Assembly (NCBI RefSeq): GCF_030684315.1 | Contig: NC_081394.1 | Span: 1,612,001-1,676,000, forward strand | From: Stegostoma tigrinum | Taxonomy: Eukaryota | DNA length: 64,000 bases | Direction of reading: 5' to 3' | Part shown: positions 52,069 through 61,130 of the stretch, one piece after another | Position numbering within the stretch: position 1 is the stretch's first letter | Layout of the letters: the number at the start of each line of letters is the position of its first letter | Position numbers and translations under genes: made by a program | The notes under the pieces: generated by a model | Database searches by the model: none | What the model saw: only the letters and a program-made list of their open reading frames with translations | What the model was told of the DNA's origin: nothing

Positions 52069-52110
52069 CCCAGACGTTTCGTCACCATTCTAGGTAACGT
52101 CAACAGTGAG
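52069..52110 (-). ncRNA. Type-I minimal hammerhead motif spanning the PLE/Tx1 5' junction (core mutated CUGAUGA>CUGUUGA in this copy)
   Basis: CUCA-CUGUUGA-C-GUUACC-UAGAAU-GGUGAC-GAAA-CG-UC|UGGG; stem I CUCA/UGGG, stem II GUUACC/GGUGAC, palindromic helix III. Confidence 0.7.
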
Positions 52111-52709
52111 CCTCCGACGAAGCGCTGGTGTTATGTCCCGCTTTCTATTTATCTGGTTAGGTTTCCTTGGGTGGGTGATGTCATTTCCTGCGTTGGTGAT
52201 GTCATTTCCTGTTCTTTTTCTCAGGGGATGGTAGATTGGCTCCAAATCAATGTGTGTGTTGATGGAGTTCCAGTTGCAATGCCATGCTTCTAGGAATTCT
52301 CGTGCGTGTCTCTGTTTGGCTTGTCCTAGGATGGATGTGTTGTCTCAATCAAAGTGGTGTCCTTCCTCATCTGTATGTAAGGATACGAGTGATAGTGGGT
52401 CATGTCGTTTTGTGGCTGGTTGATGTTCATGTATCCTGGTCGCTAGCTTTCTGCCAGTTTGTCCAATGTAGTGTTTGTCACAGTTCTTGCAAGGTATTTT
52501 ATAGATGATGTTTGTTTTATTTGTTGTCTGTATAGGGTCTTTTAAGTTCATTAGCTGCTGTTTTAGTGTGTTAGTGGGTTTGTGGGCCACCCTGATGCCA
52601 AGAGGTCCGAGTAGTCTGGCAGTCATTTCGGAAATGTCTTTGATGTAGGGGAGAGTGGTTATGGTTTCTGAGCCTGTTTTGTCTATTGTTTGTGTTTATT
52701 GCTGAGGAA
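52071..52709 (-). mobile_element. PLE 3' body (GIY-YIG endonuclease and pLTR start)
   Basis: TLPYIKDISEMTARLL...NIIYKIPCKNCDKHYIGQTGRKLATRIHEH. Confidence 0.9.
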
Positions 52710-55597
52710 CCGCAACCATCAGGTGGGAAGAGGCAGCTACAGGGGGGCTATAAGAGCTCCTCTGACGAGGGAGATTCGGAGAGGGCCCGCCCAAAGCAGA
52801 AGCTAAAGATCTCAAGGGAGAAGGAAAGCAGCACCCGGCTTCCAGGTGACAGGAGGCGTCCTGAGGGTCCCTCCGACACCCTGGAGGGCCCCCTGGAACT
52901 TTCAGGCAGGAAGGAGGAAACAGCGCGTCCCCAGCCTGACCCAGAGTCGGACTCTCCTGCCTCCGTACCCCCGACGGGGGGATGCCACCCAGAAGGCAGC
53001 ACAGATGGTTTCCTGAGCCCGGAGAGTGTCCAGCAGTTAGCCCGGGCATTGGGCATGGAGGGGCTGGGCCTTGGACTTGGGGAGGGTACTGCGGTCACTG
53101 CCCACAATGGGGGTACGAGTTGCGAGCATTAATGTGCGCAGCGTCAAGTCCCCCACATGATGTGTATCCACGTTGGCCTACCTGACCACCATCAAGGCGG
53201 ACCTCCTGTTTCTGCAGGAGTGCGGGATACCGCACCTCGGCAGGTACGGGAAATGGTCCGGCGCCTGGACCTGTGGGCCTTCGATCTGGTCGGGGGGTAA
53301 CGACTGTCGCTCCTCGGGCCTGGCTATTCTGCTGCGGAGGCGCAACTTCACCATCTCTCAAGTTCAGGAGGTGGTGGGGGGGCGCCTCCTAGTGGCTGAC
53401 ATCACCTACAGGAATGCTCCCCTGAGGCTGATCAACGTGTACGCCCCAGCGGTACGGAGTGAGCGGTTGGCCGTCCTGCAGCGGCTTCCACCCCTGCTGG
53501 CTACGTCCAGGCCGGTCATCCTAGGCGGAGACTTCAACTGCATCATCGATGCAGATGGAAGATCCGGCGTGGGGACAGCGGGTGGGGGGAGTCAACTGGA
53601 CGTCACGTCCAGATTCCTGATGGGCACGGTGAAGGACGCCAAGCTGCTCGACGCCTACGTACAGGACAGGCGGGTGGACACCTGCCTCGTCAGCCTGGAC
53701 CAAGAGAAGGCCTTCGACAGGGTCTCTCATGCTTACATGAGGGACGTCCTCTCCAAATTGGGGTTCGGGCAGGGCATCCGCAATTGGATCCGGCTGCTCT
53801 ACACCAACATCATTCGTGCAGTCTCGGGAGGGAATCGGACAGTTTTCCTGTTAGATCTGGAGTCAGGCAGGGCTGCCCGCTCTCTCCTGCCTTGTTCGTG
53901 TGCTGTGTGGAGCCCTTTGCCGCATCCATCAGGAAGGACGTGAGCCTGAAGGGCGTGACTATCCCAGGCAGCAGAGGCCTTCAGGTCAAGACCTCCCTGT
54001 ACATGGACGACGACGCCGTCTTCTGCACCGATCGTCAGTCGGTGAGTCGGCTGTTGGACATCTGCGGCCAGTTTGAACTGGCCTCGGGTGCCAAAGTCAA
54101 TAGGGGTAAGAGCGAGGCCATGTTCTTCGGGAACTGGGACGACCGCTCCTTCATCCCCTTCACCGTCAGGACAGACTACCTGAAGGTGCAGGGTGTTTGG
54201 TTTGGTGGAGCTGGGGCATGCACTAAGACTTGAGAGGAGCGTATCACCAAACTGAAGCAGAAGCTGGGCAGGTGGACGCTCCGGTCCCTCTCCATCGCGG
54301 GTAAGAACCTGGTTGTCAGGTGCGAGGGGCTTTCGGTACTGTTGTATGTTGCGCAGGCCTGGCCTATTCCCTGGACCTGCGCCGCTGCGGTCACCTGGGC
54401 TATCTTCCACTTCATTTGGGGGTTGAGGATGGACCGGGTCCGCGGGGACACCATGTACAAAGACCTGGCAAATGGGGGAAAGGGCATACCGAACGCCACC
54501 CTCGCCCTGATGGCTACCTTTGTGTGCGGCTGCATCAAGCTGTGCGTAGATTCTCAGTCCGCAAACACCAAGTGTCACTACTTACTGAGGTTCTACCTGT
54601 CCCCGGTGTTGCGAAGGATGGGCCTGGCCTCATTGCCGCGGAACGCTCCGAGTAGTTGGACCGTTCCGTACCACCTGTCCTTCGTGGAGAAATTTTTGAA
54701 AGGAAACACCTTTGAGCAGTGGTCAGCACGTAGTGTCCTCGAGACCCTTCGGGAAAAGGAGGGGGTGGATCCCATCGTGTGGTTCCCCATGCAGACTGCC
54801 AAAGTCATTTGGCAGAATGCCTCATCGCCAGAACTTTCAAACAAGCACAAGGACATTGCTTGGCTGGCAGTGAGAGGGGCTCTGCCAGTGAGATCCTTTA
54901 TGCATGCCCGGAATCTCTGCGCCACCGCACGCTGCCCTCGAGGTGGCTGCGGGGGGGACGAGACTGTCGATCACCTCCTTCTGGAGTGTGCCTATGCGCA
55001 GGAGGTCTGGAGGGGGATGCGGTGGTATTTGTCGAGGTTCGTCCCGAGCAGCTCCGTGATGCGGGACTCCGTGCTCTACGGGCTGTTTCCCGGGACGCAC
55101 ACTGAGACCAACATCAACTGCGCCTGGAGGACCATCAATGCGGTGAAAGACGCTCTTTGGTGTGCCCACAACTTGCTGGTCTGCCAGCTGAGAGAACTGA
55201 CCCCGACCGAGTGTTGCAGACTGGCGCACTCCAAGGTCCAGGACTACGTGCTGTGGGACGCGCTAAAGCTTGGGGCAGCCGCTGCCAAGGCGCGATGGGG
55301 AAAGACCACGGTATGAAACCCCTTGTCCAGAATAGTAAAAAGGGCCCTGTCTGGTAACTGGGCCCAGCTGGCGCCTTCCCCAACTGGCCATGGGGCCAAC
55401 TGGGACTGTGCGGGGTGACGACTGCCAGGGTATTTCCTTTGTTTCGTTTTTTTTCTTCTTTGTTTGTTTTTTTGCCTTTAGTTGGTGTACGTATCCCCTG
55501 GGTAACCCGGAGCGGCTTGCATGACTGGGTAGGTGTATAAATATGTTTTATTTTTTGTACATCTTATGAATAAAGTATATTTTTTCAAATAAAAAAA
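52705..55597 (+). mobile_element. 5'-truncated, internally deleted second Tx1 copy
   Basis: Starts in the ORF1 tail. Endonuclease is joined to RT at ~53652 (about 1.2 kb missing). 3' UTR and poly(A) at 55591-55597 mirror the left copy. Confidence 0.9.
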
Positions 55598-56150
55598 GTG
55601 ACGAAACGTCTGAAAACTAACCTTCCAGCTCAGCGAGCAAACACATGCACAGACTTCATTGTGTCCATAACTATGTCAACGTTGATAACTATGAGAGTCT
55701 GTTGGATTTATAAAGGTATTTTGCATCGACTGTGTTAGTAACTTTCGTGTGCAGTTGTGTGTGACTTAAGAGACACTGGCAGTGACACTGACACTGACAA
55801 CGTGGCACATGGGAACAAAGACAGACGGAAATACACAGAATGAGGCATACACAAACACACAGATGCAAAGGAAACACACACACACCCACAGACACAGTCA
55901 CCCACACACACAAATACACACAGAACACAGAACCACAAATATAATAAACATAGGCACACAAATGGACGAGCATACACGCACACACAGATTGCCTTCACTC
56001 TCAGAACCTTGGACATATTCACAGCTTTGTGCGCAATGTGTTCCTGTTCCAGTCCAACTCACCACATTGCTCCGAAGGTTTGAAGTTGCCTAATAAAGCT
56101 TTCCTAATGACCAGAGGGAGTCTTTCATTGTCTTATTTTTCCTGGTACAG

Positions 56151-56241
56151 ATTCCAGTAAATGGAAATCAGAATTGCTGGGAGCTGGAATCACTTTGAGT
56201 GTTGGACTAATTGGATTCTTCATCTTCAAGTGTATGGAGAA
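56151..56241 (+). CDS. Siglec-like transmembrane exon
   Basis: Acceptor ttttcctggtacag. Translates (N)SSKWKSELLGAGITLSVGLIGFFIFKCME(K); donor AA|gtaagt, phase 1 to 2. Confidence 0.8.
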
Positions 56242-56849
56242 GTAAGTGCTAGGGGTTTGTTTGCAGTTTTTGAACACACTAAATTCAAACATTTCACCTC
56301 AGAGTTTCGTAGCATTCTTCGCAACTTCACGATGTGCCAACAGACTTTGCAACGAGCTCAGGCAGGACACTCAGCACCCACAGACACCAGTGTGATGGCA
56401 ACTGTGCAGGTCAACTATTTTGAGTCATAAGGCTATAGACTTGCTTGCTGAGCCAGTGTGTTTGATCGCAGACGTTTGGTCACCCTACCACGTATCATCA
56501 TCAGTGTGCCTTCGGTGAAGCTTGGTGTTCTGTCCCGCTTTTATTTATATGCCTCAGTTTGCTGGGGTGTTTGGCATCACTTCCAGTTTGATTTCTCAGT
56601 GGTTTGTATATTGGGTCAAGTTCAATGTGCTTGTTAACGGAGTTCTAGTTGAAATGCCAGAATTACAGGAATTCCCTGGTGTGTCTCTGTTCAGCTTGTG
56701 CAATTATGGATGTATTGTCCAGTCGAATTCCTGTCCTTCTTTGCTCATTTGTGTTGAGTCCAGTAAGAATTCACCGTGGCTCTTGATGGCTATTTGGTGT
56801 TCGTGTATCTTTATTGCCAGTTTTCTTCCAAGTTGGCCTATGTAATGCA

Positions 56850-58080
56850 GATAGAACATAGAACATAGAACAGTGCAGTACAGTACTGGCTCTTCAGCCC
56901 ACAATGTTGTACCGAACTTTTCCCCTGAACCTAAGGTCTATCTAACCTCCACCCCTACCTTACACTATCATCCATATGCCTGTCTAATAGCTGCTTAAAT
57001 GTCCCAAATGAGGCCAACTCCACTACCCTCTCTGGCAACGCATTCCACGCTCCTATCACTCTCTGAGTAAAGAACCTACCTCTGACATCTCCCCTATATC
57101 TACCTCCACTCACTTTGAATCTATGCCCCCTCGTATTAGCTACCTCCACTCTAGGAAAATGTCTCTGGCTATCCACTCTGTCTAAACCTCAGAACATTCA
57201 GTACACCTCCATTAAGTCACCTCTCATCTTTCATCATCCAAAAGAGAAAAGCCCTAGCTCTCTCAACCTTTCCTTGTAAGATCTACCCTCCATTCCAGGC
57301 AACATCCTGGTAAATCTCCTCTGCACCTTTTCTAACGTTTCCACATCTTTCCTGTAATGAGGCGACCAGAACTGGACACGATACTCCCGATGTGGACAAA
57401 CAAGGCTTTTGTATAGCTGGAACATAACTTCATAGCTCTTGAACTCAATCCCTCTATTAATGTAAGCTAACACACCATACGCCTTCTGGACAACTCCATA
57501 CACCTGGGTGGCAGCTTTCAGGGAACTGTGGGCATGAACTCCAAGATCTCCACACTGCCAAGAATCTTTCCGTTAACCCTGTATGCTGCTTTCAAGTTTG
57601 TCCTTCCAAAATGAATCACCTCATACTTTTCAGGGTTAAACTCCATCTGCCACTTCTTTGCCCAGTTCTGCATCCTATCAATGTCCCTTGGTAACCTGGA
57701 ACAGCCATCTGCACTATCCACAACTCGACCCATCTTCATATCGTCCATGAACTTACTAATCTGCCTTTCCACATCCAAATCATTTACAACAATCACAAAT
57801 ATAAGAAGACCCAGAACACCATTCGTAACTGAGCACTACGTGGAATAATTTCCGTCCACTACCACTTCTAAGGGTCAGCCAATTCTGAATCCAGTCTACC
57901 ATATTTCCTCCCATCCCACACTTCCTTACTTTCTGCATGAACCTGCCATGGGGAACTTTATCAAACGACTTACTTAAATCCATGTATATCACATCCACTG
58001 CTCAATCTTCATCTACTTGTTTGGTCACCTCTTCAAAGAATTCAGTTAGGTTTGTGAGGCATGGTCTACCCCTCACAAAG
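56850..58080 (-). mobile_element. 5'-truncated CR1 LINE
   Basis: (GAACATA)n tail; YMDLSKSFDKVPHGR, WQMEFNPEK. Confidence 0.9.
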
Positions 58081-58514
58081 GGGTATTTATGAGATACTTA
58101 AGGCCTTATACAAAATTACTCCAGCAACCACACCAACATTCATGCATCAGGACATTACTCAAATAGGCCACAGCCCACTGCAGCAATCCGAATTGGACAA
58201 ACCAGAACAGGAGCACACTTACTGAGTTTTTAAAAGTAATAGATACCAAAAAAAGCACAATCTGCCATTAGCTGCAAAAGATCACAGCAAGAAGACACAA
58301 TACAACCAGACACCCTACCGTACATCAGGGATATATCAGAGATGACCACAAGACTACTCGGTGTCAGGGTAACTGGAACTCCATTAACAAACATATTGAA
58401 CTGGACCTGATATACAAATCACTGAGGAACAGAACTGGAAGTGATGCCAACCAGCCAGCGAACCGAGGCATGTAAATAACAAGCAGGACAGAACATCAAC
58501 GCTTCACCGGAGGC

Positions 58515-58554
58515 GCACTGACGATGTTACCTGGCAGGGTGACGAAACATCTGC
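58515..58554 (+). ncRNA. Uninterrupted hammerhead motif in a PLE pLTR (empty counterpart of the Tx1 target)
   Basis: GCA-CUGACGA-U-GUUACC-UGGCAG-GGUGAC-GAAA-CA-UC-UGC. Confidence 0.7.
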
Positions 58555-58859
58555 AATCAAACCCACCGGCTCAATGAGCAAGTCTACAACCTTATCCACG
58601 ACCCAAGCTACAAATCTTCTCAAAAACTTGTTTTGAATCATGTTGAGATCTTGAGGGATTGATCTTGATCTCAGAATGGTGGGGAAATTCATATCCTGCT
58701 CCCCTTCCAACAGCGACTGTGGCAGCCTTCACACTCAACCGAGGGGGCACGCGGGGCCTTGGTTTAAGGTTTCATCAGAGAGTGCAGAACTCTCACAGCA
58801 CTGGCACTGGAAGTATCGGACTGAAATGTCAAGTGCTTTGGACATCCTTTTAAATAAAA

Positions 58860-60045
58860 TGTATCAGGGCTGGGGGAAGGTATGTGGATAATGATGGGTG
58901 GATGCAGGTTGGGGGCAGTGGGGATTGGTCATTGGGAAGGGTGGGGTGCATAGGTGGGGACAGAAGTTGGACAGATAGTGTCGGATGAAGGAGGCGGGGA
59001 TGAGAGGGACATGGGTTGAGATTGGGCGTGGAGAGATTGTGATACTGGTGAATTCTATGCATAGGCCACCAGGCTTTATGCTCCCGAGGCGGAATATGAG
59101 GTGTTTCTCCTCCAGTTTGAGGGCAGAAGTGTGGGAAATGCAACAGATGTGTTTAACGGCATTTTTGATCAACAGAGGGGCAAACTGTAGTCCGTGAAGT
59201 AGGAGGACATCTGGTATGTCCGGGAGTGGAACGCTCCGTCTTAGGAGCAGATGCAGCACAGGCAGAAGAATTGGTAGTAAAGGATCGCATTCTTGCAGGA
59301 GGCTGGTTAAAAGTGTGTGTAGTCAAGGTAGCTATGGGAGTTGGTGGGTTTGACATAAATATCAATATTGAGGCAGTTACTGGATATGGAAATGGAGAGG
59401 TCCAAGAAGGCGAGGTAGGTATCAGAGATGGACAAGCACATGGGCGTACATGGAATAGTGTAGGTTAGATGGGCTTGAGATCGGTATGACAGGTCGGCAC
59501 AACATCGAGGGCCGAAGGGCCTGTACTGTGCTGTAATGTTCTATGTTCTATGTCCAGGGTGAATGTGAGGTAGGGGTGAAAAGTGTTAGTAAAGTTGACG
59601 AACTGTTTGAGCCCCTCATGGGAGCATGAGACAGACCCATACAGTCATCAATGTAGTGGAGGAAGAAATGAGGGATGGTGCCAATTTAACATTGGAAAAG
59701 GAACTGTTCCACATATTCTACACAGAGGCAGGCATAGCTCAGACCCATTCGGGTGCCCGTTGCCACCCCTTTAGGAAGTGGGAAGAGTTAAAGGTGAAGT
59801 TGTTCAGGATATAGACCAGCTCCATTAGGCAGGTGAGGGTGATGGTGAAGGAGGACTGGTTGGGCCTGTGGGAGAAGAAGTGGAGGGTTTTTAGGCCATC
59901 TGCATTGGATATACAAGTGTAGAGAGATTGGATGTCCATGGTGAAAATGTGGTGCTGGGGATTAGGGAATTGAAAACCTTAGAGGAGATGGAGGGCTTCA
60001 GTAGTGTCCAGAACGTAGGTGGAGAATTCCTGGACTGGGGGAAAA
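58860..60045 (-). mobile_element. Degenerate PLE RT fragment with a short CR1 3' end inserted (~59431-59552)
   Basis: MDIQSLYTCI, LEEKHLIFRLGS. Confidence 0.75.
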
Positions 60046-60420
60046 GACCCACACTCTTGTTTCACTCGTTCTCTGCCTCTTTCACTGTCTCATTGACCCT
60101 CTACTTTGTTTACTACTGTTCTCTCTCTCAGCTTCTCTTCTGCTTCTTGACGTTATCCTGTGCCTGATATTTTCAAAGCATTCGGAACAACTTCAGTTCC
60201 TTTAGAAGAATTCCCTCATCATCTGAAGTAGGCAGTGAATGCACAGTCAATTGATGACTATTCCATTTCACACTTGGGACATTATCACAGTGTCAAAGTG
60301 CAAAGGGTTAACACCGGCAAATGTAGATCCACCATTTCAACGATGATGATTTTTCAACTGTTCACGAGTTCCTGTTCTGATTCTAAGTCAAACATCAGCC
60401 CTTTCTAATTAAACACACAG

Positions 60421-60505
60421 ATGGAGAGGCACAAAAAGAGGCCATTCAGACCAAGGAAGCAATTTTAGCAATAAATCACCAGGCGAGGAGTCTGACAGAT
60501 CCTCG
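60421..60505 (+). CDS. Siglec-like juxtamembrane cytoplasmic exon
   Basis: Acceptor cacacag, donor CG|gtaagt; 85 nt, phase 2 to 0. Translates (K)WRGTKRGHSDQGSNFSNKSPGEESDRSS. Confidence 0.65.
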
Positions 60506-60704
60506 GTAAGTAACATTATGAGCACTGCTCACTTCCAATATACAGGAGGAACAACATCCTCTAGTTGTGAGAAATAAAGGCATTAGGGGAAAGAGTCCAG
60601 GACAAGGCACAGAGCATTAAAAATAGAGGCTGCTGCATGAGGGTGAAGTCAGGAGTCATTTCACACAAAGGCAGTGGGAACGCAGGAACCTTCCCCCCTA
60701 AACA

Positions 60705-60825
60705 TTAGATAATCAAACCCCACACCATTCAGTATCAATAATCAAACCACACACTATTAAGTATTATCAAACCACACACCGTTCAGTATCAATGATCAAA
60801 CTCCACTCTGTTCAGTATCAGTAAT
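60705..60825 (+). repeat. ~28-bp tandem repeat (cacaccattcagtatcaataatcaaac)
   Basis: About 4 copies. Confidence 0.7.
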
Positions 60826-60922
60826 TAATGGATCTATTGTCAGTATAATTTCTATTGGGATCTTTTACGCTGAATATTGATCACTCTGATTGTTACTCCA
60901 CTCATTTCTGTTTCTATTCCAG

Positions 60923-61045
60923 AGGAAAGTTGGGGAAATGAAATTGAATCAATCTGTCAGTGCACATCAAGAAGACGATATCTACATAAACTGCAATTTT
61001 GATGAGGAGGCTGTGTATGAGAATGTTCAAACTGAGCATGAATGA
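60923..61045 (+). CDS. Siglec-like terminal exon with two YxN tyrosine motifs
   Basis: Acceptor ttctgtttctattccag, phase 0. Translates RKVGEMKLNQSVSAHQEDDIYINCNFDEEAVYENVQTEHE*. Confidence 0.75.
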   Translation, partial: RKVGEMKLNQSVSAHQEDDIYINCNFDEEAVYENVQTEHE

Positions 61046-61130
61046 GACACGTTCAGTGTGGGGTCAACACAGAGAAACCAATTCTTTCTAAATACTAATT
61101 TACCTTCTGAAAATCCACAGGAATCACACC

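Larger units (their letters stand above)
46732..52070 (-). mobile_element. Full-length Tx1-clade non-LTR retrotransposon (disrupted ORFs, poly-A tail)
   Basis: ORF1 with three CCHC knuckles; ORF2 APE endonuclease, RT and C-terminal C/H zinc motif; poly(A) at 46732-46740 on the minus strand. Confidence 0.95.
46639..55650. mobile_element. Composite fold-back PLE insertion carrying a Tx1 retrotransposon in both arms
   Basis: TSD AGACTTCATT at 46629-46638 and 55651-55660; inverted pLTR ends 46639-46731 and 55598-55650. Confidence 0.85.
56429..58630. mobile_element. Fold-back PLE insertion of a related family without Tx1; CR1 at its centre
   Basis: TSD ttttga(g/a)tcat at 56418-56428 and 58631-58641; inverted pLTRs; HYIGQLGRKLAIKIHEH. 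Confidence 0.75.
39396..61045 (+). pseudogene. Siglec-like (CD33/MAG/sialoadhesin-family-like) V-C2-C2-TM receptor gene, 7 coding exons, ~426 aa if intact; disabled
   Basis: Exons 39396-39435, 42851-43216, 45104(45113)-45397, 46335-46616, 56151-56241, 60421-60505 and 60923-61045 join in phase (1-1-1-1-2-0). In-frame TGA at 42967-42969. Confidence 0.8.

Noticed and set aside
46639-55650. DNA transposon with giant terminal inverted repeats
   Set aside because: No transposase; the inverted arms are retroelement sequence with unequal ends, matching PLE fold-back insertions.
5540-58080. Two CR1 copies truncated at nearly the same 5' position (near cccctcacaaag)
   Set aside because: End-points differ by more than 10 nt, and two cases cannot establish a truncation hotspot.
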